Source: a candidate division WWE3 bacterium | GTDB taxonomy: Bacteria > Patescibacteriota > WWE3 > UBA101185 > UBA10185 | Length of the DNA: 64,000 nucleotides | Assembly: GCA_003599255.1 (NCBI GenBank) | Contig: QZJF01000006.1 | Location: forward strand, 1,018 to 65,017 | Direction of reading: 5' to 3' | Shown here: positions 19,299 through 29,490 of the stretch, in pieces | Numbering within the stretch: position 1 is the first letter of the stretch | Layout of the letters: every line of letters begins with the position of its first letter | Translations under genes and position numbers: made by a program | The notes under the pieces: model-generated | The model's input: the letters and a program-made list of their open reading frames with translations, nothing else | Told to the model about the DNA's origin: nothing | The model's database searches: none

Positions 19299-20972
19299 AT
19301 GCATAAAAAAGTTTTGATTGGCGTTGCCTGGCCGTATGTCAACGGCGAATTACATATAGGTCATTTAGCAGGGTATCTGCTTCCTGCGGATATTTGCGCA
19401 AGATATCACAGATCAATCGGGAATCAGGTTCTGATGGTGTCCGGTTCGGATTGTTTTGGGACGCCAATAACTCTGGAGGCTGACAAAAGAAAAATAACCC
19501 CTGACGAAGTTGTAAAGGATTACCACCAGAAAGATACTCATTTATTCCGTGAGATACTGGACCTATCTTACGATTTGTACACTCTCACTAATCATCCTAA
19601 TCACATAAAGGTAACCCAGGATTTTTTTATAAAGATGCTGGAAGGCGGATACCTCTTTATTGATAAGACTAAACAGTACTACTCCCCTACTCAAAATAGA
19701 TTTCTTCCGGACAGGTATGTGGTTGGAGAATGTCCTTTTTGTGGAACAGAGGATACAAGAAGCGATCAATGTGATAGCTGCGGAAAATTAATATCTCATG
19801 GAGAGTTGTTGCACCCAAGAAGTAATTTAACAGGGGAAGATGTGGAGTTTAAAGATACCGAGCATTATTTTGTTGATTGGCCAAAACTGCAGCCTCGAAT
19901 AGAGAAATATGTTGAAACTGCGGGAAGAAACTGGAAAGATTGGGTAAATAACGAGACTTTGGGATGGCTTAAAGAAGGACTGAAACCCAGAGCAATCACC
20001 AGAGATTTGGATTGGGGAGTTCCGATACCGGTAGACAGGATCCCTCAGGACTTACTCATTGAAAATGCTAATTCCAAAAGAATTTACGTATGGTTTGATG
20101 CTGTTATAGGATATTTCTCTGCCTCACTTCTTTGGGCTACTATTAATGAAGGAAAGTGGGAAGATTTTTGGTTTGGTGAAAACCTTAAGCATTACTACTT
20201 CATGGGTAAAGATAACCTCGTTTTTCACACGTTATTCTGGCCCGGTCAGCTTATGGTTTATAACTCCGAGTTGCATTTACCGGATGTTGTAAGTATTAAC
20301 ATGTTCCTTAACCTGGATGGAAAACAATTTTCCAAGAGCCGTGGCGTAGTTTTAAAAATCGAAGACATTGTTGAAAAATATGGAAATGATTTAGTCAGAT
20401 TTTACCTTACTTTGATTATGCCTGAAACCAGGGACTCAAGTTTTGTATGGTCTGATCTTTATGAAAAGGTCAATGGTGTATTAGTTGCAAATCTTGGAAA
20501 CTTTATTCACAGAACTTTATCCTTGTACAAAGGACAGAAACTCGCCAAAACAAATGAGATTAATGAGGTAACTACTTCCGCGATACGTAACGCATTTAGA
20601 AAATCACGAGATTTTCTTGAATCCTGTCAGTATAGAAACTATCTGGACTCGGTACTTGAGCTGACTGCGTACGGAAACTTACTAGTAGATAAACACAAAG
20701 TATGGGAGCTGAAGAAAACGAATACCGAAGAGTTTGAAGAAGTTATGACACAACTACTTGGTGTTGTGGTTGCTATTGGTTATCTGATAAACCCTTTATT
20801 GCCTGAAGGATCTTCTCGCTTGAGTAATTACACGGGACTGAGGGGTTTTGACAAATGGCCGGAAGACGGTAAGGAAATTGAAACCATTAACCCCCTGATA
20901 AAAGAAATCATTGTTTCGGACGGATTAAAGCCTTTGTTTACCAAGCTTGATAAAACTCAGGATACCTTTTAA
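19299..20972 (+). CDS. metG: Methionine--tRNA ligase
   Basis: AWPYVNGELHIGH (HIGH), zinc knuckles CPFC/CDSC, YVWFDA, GKDN, QFSKS. Confidence 0.97.
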   Translation: MHKKVLIGVAWPYVNGELHIGHLAGYLLPADICARYHRSIGNQVLMVSGSDCFGTPITLEADKRKITPDEVVKDYHQKDTHLFREILDLSYDLYTLTNHPNHIKVTQDFFIKMLEGGYLFIDKTKQYYSPTQNRFLPDRYVVGECPFCGTEDTRSDQCDSCGKLISHGELLHPRSNLTGEDVEFKDTEHYFVDWPKLQPRIEKYVETAGRNWKDWVNNETLGWLKEGLKPRAITRDLDWGVPIPVDRIPQDLLIENANSKRIYVWFDAVIGYFSASLLWATINEGKWEDFWFGENLKHYYFMGKDNLVFHTLFWPGQLMVYNSELHLPDVVSINMFLNLDGKQFSKSRGVVLKIEDIVEKYGNDLVRFYLTLIMPETRDSSFVWSDLYEKVNGVLVANLGNFIHRTLSLYKGQKLAKTNEINEVTTSAIRNAFRKSRDFLESCQYRNYLDSVLELTAYGNLLVDKHKVWELKKTNTEEFEEVMTQLLGVVVAIGYLINPLLPEGSSRLSNYTGLRGFDKWPEDGKEIETINPLIKEIIVSDGLKPLFTKLDKTQDTF

Positions 20973-21407
20973 TCCCTTATTGTGATCATTAGGTGTTAAT
21001 GCATAGAATCCAAAAATAATTATTGGTGAAAATAATAGTAGTCCCAAAGAATAATTTACAAAAGCAAATAAACTTACCGCAAAAGTTCCGTATATTATTA
21101 TACCGAACTTAAGAATGTAGTCGGAAATCTTTACATTATGTACGATAATAAATTCTTCTATCAAGTAAGATACTCCAACAACACTCTGGGCGAGAAGAAT
21201 CGCAATAAGATTTTTATTTATCAAGAAAATATTCAGCGAATCAATGATTAATAATGTCAACCATGTGGATCCAACCGCAAAGCAAACCGGGCATACCCGT
21301 CGACCAATTAATTTTGCAATCCAGAAGGCGGACTTGTAGTAAAAAGTGAAGTATACAAGTTGTAGGGCTAAGGTCAGTGATATTTGATTAATTATCGGGA
21401 TGTTCAT
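20925..21407 (-). CDS. Hypothetical multi-TM protein with CxxC motif
   Basis: Five hydrophobic segments and RRVCPVCFAVGSTWL. The 3' end overlaps the metG 3' end. Confidence 0.6.
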   Translation of the reverse strand: MNIPIINQISLTLALQLVYFTFYYKSAFWIAKLIGRRVCPVCFAVGSTWLTLLIIDSLNIFLINKNLIAILLAQSVVGVSYLIEEFIIVHNVKISDYILKFGIIIYGTFAVSLFAFVNYSLGLLLFSPIIIFGFYALTPNDHNKGLKGILSFIKLGKQRL

Positions 21408-21412
21408 AGAAA

Positions 21413-21598
21413 CTACTTTTTATCTTTAAAGAATTTATAGATCATTATTGCAAATATTGAAAAGCTTGCAAGAAGAATTAAATATTCCAGATAATAATTA
21501 ATTTCATTGCCTGTTGTAATATCATCCAAAGCGGCGTAATCCAGCAATAAAAGTAAAACAATTAAAACGAAAGAAAGGATTTTTTTTAAAATCATCAT
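21413..21598 (-). CDS. Small two-TM hypothetical protein
   Basis: Two TM helices flanking YAALDDITTGNE. Coupled to the upstream gene by an overlapping stop/start. Confidence 0.6.
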   Translation of the reverse strand: MMILKKILSFVLIVLLLLLDYAALDDITTGNEINYYLEYLILLASFSIFAIMIYKFFKDKK

Positions 21599-22773
21599 AA
21601 GTTTGGTGTAATTTTGAATATTTTATCATCCCCGGTGCGTATGTTTCCACGTCCATCCGTATTACTTGTTGAAAAGTAAATTTCACCGCTTGGGGATTCG
21701 ACCACATCTCGAATTCGTCCAAGATCTACTTCGGGTAACTTTTGAAATCCCGCTACTTTATCAAGAGTTTTGCCCTCAAGTATTATTCTGTATAATCCCT
21801 CGCCCCTAAGAGCTCCGAAGAATAAGTTATATTTGAATTGTGGGAATAATTTGCCGGAATATGCCATAGCTGAAGCAGGGGCTACCGCCGGAGTAAATAC
21901 CTGAGCGGGACTTACCATACCCTCTTTGGTTTTTTCGTGTGATACTAATGGCCATCCGTAATTACCCCCTTCATATATGATATTTATTTCGTCACCTCCT
22001 GCCGGACCGTCAAACACCGAAGGTCCGTGTTCTGTTGAATACATTGTTCCTGTCTCCGGGTTCCACGCTATTCCCTGAGGATTTCTATGACCGTATGAGT
22101 AAACAGGCGAACCATCAAAAGGATTATCTTCAGGTATTGATCCATCCGGATTTAATCGCAGTATTTTGCCTGCCAGAGAATTAATGTCCTGAGCCAGATT
22201 TCTCTGGGTTGCATCGCCGGTTGTTATGTACAATTTTCCTTCCGGTCCGAATTTGAGTCTTGAGCCCGCATGGTTTGACGCGGCAGGGATATTTTCCAGG
22301 ATTACTTTATCTACAGTTAACTCCGAATCCCCGTCTATTAGGCGCACTATCCTGACTTTTAAATTACCATTATCGGAATACGCATATGATGTATAAAGAT
22401 ATTTGCTGTTCGGATAGTCGGGATCTTTTTCCAGTCCCATCAGACCCGCTTCTGAAATGGCATTTACGTCACTCAAAATTAAAAGAGATTTTTCGGATAA
22501 TTTTCCTTTTTTAAATTCTCTTATCGACCCTGTTCGTTCAGTAAATAAAAAACGATCGTCGGATGTGAATACTATGCCCCAAGGAACCGATAAGCCCTCC
22601 GCAACTAATTCAATTTTGTAAGGTACATCATTCTCATTTTCCGAAACAATACTTGAATTGTTGAACGATGTTCGTACTTCTTTAAATAAAGCCAAGTAGT
22701 TGCTAAGCCATATGGCCCCAAAAATTCCAAACACAACAAGCGTAAAGATAAATGCATAAATTACCTTTTTCAT
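21595..22773 (-). CDS. PQQ-dependent sugar dehydrogenase (GSDH/YliI-like), membrane-anchored
   Basis: GLSVPWG, EAGLMG, HAGSRLKFGPEGKLYITTGD, GKILR, YSYGHRNPQG, NYGWP, GRIRDV. Confidence 0.92.
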   Translation of the reverse strand: MKKVIYAFIFTLVVFGIFGAIWLSNYLALFKEVRTSFNNSSIVSENENDVPYKIELVAEGLSVPWGIVFTSDDRFLFTERTGSIREFKKGKLSEKSLLILSDVNAISEAGLMGLEKDPDYPNSKYLYTSYAYSDNGNLKVRIVRLIDGDSELTVDKVILENIPAASNHAGSRLKFGPEGKLYITTGDATQRNLAQDINSLAGKILRLNPDGSIPEDNPFDGSPVYSYGHRNPQGIAWNPETGTMYSTEHGPSVFDGPAGGDEINIIYEGGNYGWPLVSHEKTKEGMVSPAQVFTPAVAPASAMAYSGKLFPQFKYNLFFGALRGEGLYRIILEGKTLDKVAGFQKLPEVDLGRIRDVVESPSGEIYFSTSNTDGRGNIRTGDDKIFKITPNL

Positions 22774-22875
22774 TGAATTAATAATAACATTTTTCTCAGC
22801 ATAGATAGTCGTATATATGTTATACTGACAAATATTTTTTGAGTTTGTTTTATTTAAGAAAGCGAGGTGAATTAA

Positions 22876-23400
22876 ATGGAAAATTCCGGTTCAAACAAGA
22901 ATATATTAATTTTTGTAGTGATAGCAGCAGTAGTGTTAGTAGGTGTGCTAATTTTTTCCAGTTCAAGCAGACAAAATAACGTTACAGAAACTGTAAACGT
23001 GGCTTCCATGACACAACCGATAATCGAGACTGATACTGAAGAGATGACGGTCGAAGAAGAAAACAGTGTCGATGCAGAGAATAAAATAATTATGGAGGCT
23101 CCTGAAGGCAGTGAGGTTATGAGCGATGCAAGAGTAATTGAGGTTGAAGGTGGTTCCTTTTACTACAAACCAAATGAGATTCGTGTCAAGGCAGGCGAAA
23201 AAGTGAAGGTAACATTAAACAGTGTGGACTTGATGCACGACTTTGTTATTGATGAGCTGAATGTCAGAACCCCAGTTATAAAGGAAGGCGAAACAGCTTC
23301 TGTTGAGTTTATTGTAGACGAGCCCGGCGAATACGAATTCTACTGTTCGGTTGGACAACATCGTGCAAACGGTATGTTTGGAAAGTTAATAGTAGAATAA
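22876..23400 (+). CDS. Membrane-anchored cupredoxin (type 1 copper) protein
   Basis: N-terminal TM helix, acidic linker, and copper ligands in MHDF...FYCSVGQHRANGM. Confidence 0.88.
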   Translation: MENSGSNKNILIFVVIAAVVLVGVLIFSSSSRQNNVTETVNVASMTQPIIETDTEEMTVEEENSVDAENKIIMEAPEGSEVMSDARVIEVEGGSFYYKPNEIRVKAGEKVKVTLNSVDLMHDFVIDELNVRTPVIKEGETASVEFIVDEPGEYEFYCSVGQHRANGMFGKLIVE

Positions 23401-23409
23401 ACGAACTAC

Positions 23410-23433
23410 GCACCTTCCCTTATGGGGAGGTGC
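23410..23433. terminator. Hairpin between convergent genes (possibly bidirectional terminator)
   Basis: GCACCTTCCC-TTAT-GGGGAGGTGC. Confidence 0.6.
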
Positions 23434-24500
23434 TATTCAATTTCTTTTAAAAATTTATCAAAATAATCAACAGATCTGGTTAGGGCGGTAGTTAGGTTGG
23501 CAGCTAGATTATGGTCGTCTCCTTCATAAATATATAGTTCTGTTTCTTTTTCTATGTCATTCAATGCGTCATAAAGCCTTTGACTGAACAACACAGGTAC
23601 ATCGCCGTCTTCAGTACCATGATGTAGTTGGACCGGTCCGGAAATTTCACCTACAAACGAAATAGGTGAAATTGAGTTCCAAAATTCGGGATTACTCTCG
23701 AAATCACCATACTTATCTATTATCTCCTGTCTCGAGGGCCGCCTTATTGACTGTTCCCTGGGAGAGGGAGTCCAGGGACGACTCCTATGCCAATTATTTG
23801 CCATGTCTTCATAAGAGGCTACTACTCCTGCCCAAATCACACCTACTTTTACATCATCGGTAGTGACCATACTTCTTAAGGTAATACTTCCACCCATTGA
23901 GTGTCCCCACATGCCTATCTTGTTCGGATTTGCATCGGGGTACCTTTTAATCGAGGACACCGCGTTTAGCACATCAATTGTATACGCCGGAGAATAGTAT
24001 GCCCCGTCGGGATTACCTTCCGAGTTACCATGCCCCCGGTAATCAGATCTTAGAACTATGTAGCCGTTTCTTGAAAAAGCATCTGTGTATGCAACATACC
24101 TTTCAGTTGTTCTATATTGTGCCGGAGGAATATATCCGTGATTAAAAATAATGACAGGCCAACCGCCTTCAGGTTTGTCCCCTGCCGGAACAGTCAGTAA
24201 TGCAAAAATTTTTAACCCCTCCGATTTATATGAAACAATATATCTATTGTAATTTGATCCGGGAGTCAGGGTTTGTTCAATAACAATATCGCTACCGGGG
24301 TATTCCTGTTTTCTCATGTACTCAACTTGTAAAGGATGAAAGTCTACTTTCTCACCTGCCGGAGGTTCATCAGTAGAGTCGGTAAGGATTTCATTAAGTC
24401 TTTCTGTAGGTGAACTTGAAATTGTGTCGGAGATATATAGATGGTACAGTCCGTAGCCCAAGAGACACACAAATCCCAGTAGAAGTATCCTCTTGAACAT
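23433..24500 (-). CDS. Alpha/beta hydrolase (S9 peptidase-like), membrane-anchored
   Basis: NHGY, GHSMGG nucleophile elbow, HGTEDGDVP (Asp), GDDHN (His). Confidence 0.88.
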   Translation of the reverse strand: MFKRILLLGFVCLLGYGLYHLYISDTISSSPTERLNEILTDSTDEPPAGEKVDFHPLQVEYMRKQEYPGSDIVIEQTLTPGSNYNRYIVSYKSEGLKIFALLTVPAGDKPEGGWPVIIFNHGYIPPAQYRTTERYVAYTDAFSRNGYIVLRSDYRGHGNSEGNPDGAYYSPAYTIDVLNAVSSIKRYPDANPNKIGMWGHSMGGSITLRSMVTTDDVKVGVIWAGVVASYEDMANNWHRSRPWTPSPREQSIRRPSRQEIIDKYGDFESNPEFWNSISPISFVGEISGPVQLHHGTEDGDVPVLFSQRLYDALNDIEKETELYIYEGDDHNLAANLTTALTRSVDYFDKFLKEIE

Positions 24501-24504
24501 CTGT

Positions 24505-25662
24505 TTATTTTACTTTATTCAGTGCTTCCTGCGCAACTTCGAGGCTTTTGTTGTAATAGACAGCTTTTTCGTATTCTTCTTTTGCTTTTTCCATATTGCC
24601 CTGTTTGTAATATATATCCCCTCTTATAAGGTAAAGCTCTGAAAAAGCTCTGTTGTGATTGGTTAGCACTGAGTCTGTAATTTGAAATACCTTATCGTAT
24701 TGACCAAGTTCGTAATATGCCAAAATCGGCTCTATCTGATACCAGAGAGTTCTAAACGATAACTTTGTTGCGACCTTCTCATATTCGTTAACCGTCTTTT
24801 GATATTCACCCAGATTGTAATATGCAACCGCCAAGTTAAAACGCGCATAAACGTCATCAGGATCTTCTTTTAGGACGGATTCCGAAAGTTTAACTGCGTT
24901 CTGCCAGGCAGTTCGCTCATCGTAATCTTCCCCCAAGATCTCTTTTGCCAGTTCCATTTTATCCATGGGCACAAGTACAAGATATTCGTAATTGAATTTT
25001 TTCCATATAATGTCAAACTCTTCCATTGAAAATATTATATTTTTTCCCTGAAGTGAATCATCCTGAACTATGGTTTCAGCATTTATGTCATACCCTTTAA
25101 TGACTCTGTAGTGTCCGATATCTTCATTTTCTTTAAGCCATGTTCGCGTAATTACCGGGATCTCTGCAGCAATAAACCTCCTAATAAGCATAAGGGTTCC
25201 GTTTGGCCGGTGTAACGGAACCAATCCATACTCCTTTGCTTTTTTTCCTAACTCAGGCAATGTTACGGACTTGTCGTCATTGTCCCCTCTGGGATTTTGA
25301 TACGGTCGTAGTGATTGGCCCAAGGTTTTTTGATCTACGTTTATACCGTAATACGAAAGTGCCATTGATAATGAAGCCGGCCCACAGTTATTAAATGTTT
25401 GAAATATGTGATAATCGTTAACTAAAGTTTTGCTTCCAGGTAAGTTGGTCAGGTCAAGATTTATGGGCTCATTATTATCCTGTGTGTCGTTTTTTGTAGT
25501 TTTATTGAGTTTTTCGAAAACATCGGAGGTTTTGCTTTCAATATGTTGTATTTCTGAATTAATTAGCTGTTTATCAGGGAAAAATTTGTTTAGAAGTTCA
25601 CCCTTAAAATAAAAGGCCGTCAGTCCCAGTAAAAGTATTATTAGAAGAATAAACCTTTTCAT
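24505..25662 (-). CDS. Peptidase C39-like domain + TPR repeat protein
   Basis: QTFNNCGPAS catalytic Cys, GHYRVIKGYD His, QDDS, C-terminal TPR repeats and an N-terminal TM helix. Confidence 0.85.
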   Translation of the reverse strand: MKRFILLIILLLGLTAFYFKGELLNKFFPDKQLINSEIQHIESKTSDVFEKLNKTTKNDTQDNNEPINLDLTNLPGSKTLVNDYHIFQTFNNCGPASLSMALSYYGINVDQKTLGQSLRPYQNPRGDNDDKSVTLPELGKKAKEYGLVPLHRPNGTLMLIRRFIAAEIPVITRTWLKENEDIGHYRVIKGYDINAETIVQDDSLQGKNIIFSMEEFDIIWKKFNYEYLVLVPMDKMELAKEILGEDYDERTAWQNAVKLSESVLKEDPDDVYARFNLAVAYYNLGEYQKTVNEYEKVATKLSFRTLWYQIEPILAYYELGQYDKVFQITDSVLTNHNRAFSELYLIRGDIYYKQGNMEKAKEEYEKAVYYNKSLEVAQEALNKVK

Positions 25663-25700
25663 AAGATTAATTTTATCATCATTGGTATTTTGCTGTTGCG

Positions 25701-25737
25701 AAAAAAGAAAAGGCAAAGTCTTTTCAGCTTTGCCTTT
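25701..25737 (-). terminator. Intrinsic terminator downstream of the nuclease gene
   Basis: AAAGGCAAAG...CTTTGCCTTT inverted repeat with a U-tract on the minus strand. Confidence 0.6.
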
Positions 25738-25743
25738 AAAATA

Positions 25744-26865
25744 CTACTCATCCTTTTTTTCATCGTCTCCTTCCATGAAAAAAGGAAGCTCTATTATTGA
25801 CCCGAATGTGCGTATATGTGGAGTAACATCAATCTGTTGATTCTGTTCTGGCTTCAGTGGTTTTTTCCGCCGTGTGCCAATCATCCGCATTCGTAGCTGC
25901 GTTGGTTTTTTAAATTCGACACTAGTGGGAATCCCCGACAAATTTCCGTTCTCCGCGCCAAACATCAGATCCATTTCTGTAACCGGTGTTGCCAACAAGT
26001 AATCTCTGTCGCCTCTGCAAACACTGATGTAGTCACACCAGGTACATTGTTTTCCGATACGTTTGGGGAATGATTGATTGTCCAGATTACCAACTATATG
26101 CGCGATACTGTTTTTCAAGGTGATGTAATCTCTCGGTGTTCTGTAGGTAAACATCAATTTGCCGTATCGCAAATAGTAGAAGACAAACCCCAATGGTAGC
26201 ATTCCGTTGTTATGCTCCTGAAACAGATATGTATATGCCGTTGCCTGCAAATCTTCATGTAACGGAAATTGATACTCCGCCATTTTGATTAATTCAGCAG
26301 TTGCATTAAATCTGCGCAAGTCATAATCATGTGTGCTTGTTTTCAGATCCATGATTATTTGAGGCAAATACCCTGGCAAAAGATTTCCATTGGAATCTAT
26401 AAGGTCAGGTCGCCAATGTCCAATTCTATCGTTTGGAACTTCCCTTACCTGATCAAAGATGCCCAATAGTTCAACTTGCCCTATTCTTGCCCTGCGTCTT
26501 TTCTCTATAAGCAAAGGTGCAGGCTTACCAAACATTTGGTCCCAGTATTTCTGAATACAACCTTTACCAATGTTGTAAAACTGCCAATCCTGAGCTTTTG
26601 TTCTGGAAAGCATAATTTCAGAATTTTCTTCAAGTGCTTTCCACCAATCATATCCCCATGTCTTAATGGCAGTATCCAGGTTTTTGTAGTAAAAAGGATT
26701 CTTTGGATTTCCCTTTTTATGAAACCTGGCTATGAGGTTATGTACAACAGTACCACACAGACGCGCATAATCAGTCTTTCCGGATACATGCGCGATGTAT
26801 CTGAAGTAATATTGAGCGGGACACCTCAAATACGTCTCAATCCCCGACTTGCTTAAAGTCAGCAT
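25744..26865 (-). CDS. PD-(D/E)XK nuclease (RecB/AddB/Cas4-like, predicted Fe-S)
   Basis: LSKS..ETYLRCP, G..VH, GIFD, MDLKTS, LQATAY, CTWCDYISVC. Confidence 0.8.
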   Translation of the reverse strand: MLTLSKSGIETYLRCPAQYYFRYIAHVSGKTDYARLCGTVVHNLIARFHKKGNPKNPFYYKNLDTAIKTWGYDWWKALEENSEIMLSRTKAQDWQFYNIGKGCIQKYWDQMFGKPAPLLIEKRRRARIGQVELLGIFDQVREVPNDRIGHWRPDLIDSNGNLLPGYLPQIIMDLKTSTHDYDLRRFNATAELIKMAEYQFPLHEDLQATAYTYLFQEHNNGMLPLGFVFYYLRYGKLMFTYRTPRDYITLKNSIAHIVGNLDNQSFPKRIGKQCTWCDYISVCRGDRDYLLATPVTEMDLMFGAENGNLSGIPTSVEFKKPTQLRMRMIGTRRKKPLKPEQNQQIDVTPHIRTFGSIIELPFFMEGDDEKKDE

Positions 26866-26906
26866 AAGTTACTCCTTTTCAAAGTTCTTGGTAGCTGGAT
26901 TATAAA

Positions 26907-27929
26907 CTATTTGGGTAGCGGTAATAAAACCTTAAAAGTAGTGCCCCCATCCAACTTGCTTTTTACGGTAATACTTCCCTTGTGTTTCTTTACAATTTCT
27001 TGGGATATCGATAGTCCCAGACCATATCCTTCAGATACCGTTTTATTTCTAGATCTTTCAACCTGATAGAAAGGTTCAAAAATATGCGGAATGTCTTTTT
27101 CCGGGATACCTTTTCCATAATCAATAATAACTATTTCAGCATTGTTGCCGACTTCTTTTATTTTTATATCAACCGTTTTATCTTTTTTATTAAATTTAAT
27201 TGCATTTTCAATTAGATTCGTGAAGAGTTCATCCAGAGCGGTCTCGTCGGCATTAACTTTTATATTCTCGCCGGAAATTATTATTTTCTGGTCGTACTTC
27301 TTTGCAATCTTATTTAATTTATTTGATACTTTTGTTATTAAATTAATAAGGTTAATTTCCGCGATTTCAAAATGATTTCCGCTTTGGTATCTGCTCTTTT
27401 TGAGTAATTTGGCTACAAACTCATTTAATCTGTCGATTTCCTCAATAGTGCTTTTCATCGCGAGTATAGCATCTTCATGAGTAAGTTTTTTTTGTCTTGC
27501 CGTAACCTCAAGTTCTGTTTTTATTGCCGCCAGCGGTGTCTTTAGCTCATGCGCAGCGTCTGATATAAATCTTTTTTGTTGATCAGTCATATCCTCAATG
27601 GGTTTTAGCGTTTTTCCTGCAATGTAATATCCTGCGGCTCCTGCGCTAAACAATATTGCCAAATTAATGAATACTAAAATGTCCAGTGTCTTTTCACGGA
27701 TTTCCAATAGTGTCTCGCTGTCGTATAATTGCGCCATTCCTGGTCTTGTCATCTGATTGTACATGTTGAAGTCCCTTAACCGTCTTTCCAGTCGTATTTT
27801 TTGGGAGTCTAATGCGCGTTCGGTTATTGAAACAACACCTCTGTATACAACAATACTGAAACTCATAGTTACGATCATTATTATGGAAAGATAAAGAGCG
27901 GTTAATTTTATTTTTGCCGATCTGAACAT
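26907..27929 (-). CDS. Membrane sensor histidine kinase
   Basis: Two TM helices, DAAHELKTPL, NLIENAIKF, DYGKGI, GYGLGLSI. Confidence 0.93.
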   Translation of the reverse strand: MFRSAKIKLTALYLSIIMIVTMSFSIVVYRGVVSITERALDSQKIRLERRLRDFNMYNQMTRPGMAQLYDSETLLEIREKTLDILVFINLAILFSAGAAGYYIAGKTLKPIEDMTDQQKRFISDAAHELKTPLAAIKTELEVTARQKKLTHEDAILAMKSTIEEIDRLNEFVAKLLKKSRYQSGNHFEIAEINLINLITKVSNKLNKIAKKYDQKIIISGENIKVNADETALDELFTNLIENAIKFNKKDKTVDIKIKEVGNNAEIVIIDYGKGIPEKDIPHIFEPFYQVERSRNKTVSEGYGLGLSISQEIVKKHKGSITVKSKLDGGTTFKVLLPLPK

Positions 27930-27931
27930 AG

Positions 27932-28609
27932 TTATTGATCCGAAATTGAATATCCGAATCCCCTTATGGTTTTAATTAATTTTACTGAACCTTTAAAATT
28001 TTTATCAATCTTGGTTCTTAGATATCCAATATATTGCTCAACTGTATTAGGTAAAATATCTGAGTCGTAATCCCAGACATGTGACATTATTTGTTCTTTT
28101 CCTAATGTTCTGTTTTTATTTCTTAATAAGTATTCCAGTAGAGCAAATTCCCGTTTTGACAAGTTAATTTCTTTTCCTCTTCTGCTGACTCTATATGAAA
28201 TATTATCCAGTTCTAAATCACCGCATGTAAGGACATTATCAAGTGCCTGTACGGGACGTCTCAGGAGAGCTTTAACTCTTGCCAGAAGCTCTTCAAATGC
28301 AAAAGGTTTTGTCAGGTAATCATCCGCTCCTGAATTCAGGCCGGTTATCTTGTCATCCAGTTCGTTTCTTGCCGTGAGCATCAACACCGGTGTTTTATTG
28401 CCATCTTTTCTTAACTTTGAGCATAACTCGATTCCATCCATACCCGGCATCATAACATCAAGTATAATGACGTCATATTCTTCAGTGGATGCTACATCAT
28501 AGCCCTCTATACCGTCATTTGCTATGTCTACCGAATATGACTCCTGCTCTAAACCACGTTTAATAGCACCAGCTATTTTGTATTCGTCTTCTACTACAAG
28601 TATTCTCAT
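27932..28609 (-). CDS. OmpR/PhoB family response regulator
   Basis: REC domain (LDVMMP, GADDYLTKPF) plus a winged helix (LSKREFALL, IKTIRGFGY). Confidence 0.95.
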   Translation of the reverse strand: MRILVVEDEYKIAGAIKRGLEQESYSVDIANDGIEGYDVASTEEYDVIILDVMMPGMDGIELCSKLRKDGNKTPVLMLTARNELDDKITGLNSGADDYLTKPFAFEELLARVKALLRRPVQALDNVLTCGDLELDNISYRVSRRGKEINLSKREFALLEYLLRNKNRTLGKEQIMSHVWDYDSDILPNTVEQYIGYLRTKIDKNFKGSVKLIKTIRGFGYSISDQ

Positions 28610-28688
28610 CGTCCCTATTATAAGATTATTCCTGAGAATTTGCTGAAAACTTGCTACTTTTGCTTTTTGTCTTTATATTATGTTTATT

Positions 28689-29357
28689 ATGGATAAGCAG
28701 TCTCTGGCGATCATATTAATAGTTCCCGTCATAATCTTTGGTTTATTAACTTTAATGGATGACGGAGTTGCTCAGCCTTTAGATGAGGTTTCTTTTGAGG
28801 AGCCCGTTCAAACTGAAGAGACTACCCAGGATAATAAAATTATAGGAGAAAATAAAATGCCTGAAATGCAGATAGATATTAACAAATCATATATCGCCGA
28901 ATTGGAGACGTCAGCCGGAATTATTACTATACAACTTAGTGCAGACAAGACTCCGGTTACTGTAAATAATTTTGTTTCGTTGTCTAAACAGGGCTTTTAC
29001 GACGGAACAATATTTCATCGTGTAATAAAAGATTTCATGATACAAGGAGGAGATCCCAAAGGTGACGGTACGGGAGGTCCCGGGTACAAGTTCGACGACG
29101 AACCTTTTGTAGGCGAATATGTAAGAGGTACAATTGCAATGGCAAATTCGGGACCAAATACAAATGGAAGCCAATTCTTTATAATGCATAAGGACACTCC
29201 ATTACCAAAAAATTACGTTATTTTTGGAAGTGTAATTAACGGAATTGAAGTGGTAGATTCAATAGCAGAGGCAGCAGTAGGTCCCAACGCCTTTGGTCAG
29301 CCGGAAAAGCCAGTTGAACCGGTAAGGATTGTGTCTATTAAGATTACCGAAAAATAG
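28689..29357 (+). CDS. Cyclophilin-type peptidyl-prolyl cis-trans isomerase with N-terminal membrane anchor
   Basis: FYDGTIFHRVIKDFMIQGGDP and AMANSGPNTNGSQFFI. Confidence 0.95.
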   Translation: MDKQSLAIILIVPVIIFGLLTLMDDGVAQPLDEVSFEEPVQTEETTQDNKIIGENKMPEMQIDINKSYIAELETSAGIITIQLSADKTPVTVNNFVSLSKQGFYDGTIFHRVIKDFMIQGGDPKGDGTGGPGYKFDDEPFVGEYVRGTIAMANSGPNTNGSQFFIMHKDTPLPKNYVIFGSVINGIEVVDSIAEAAVGPNAFGQPEKPVEPVRIVSIKITEK

Positions 29358-29490
29358 TTGTCTTAATGTACTTTTAGTGGTAGACTGGCCCAGAACCCGC
29401 AGTAAACTTATGATAAAGACTGGGCACATTTGTGGTTACATCAAACGCGTTTTCCAGCAAACAGAATAATTAAGTTAATTTAATAAAGAT

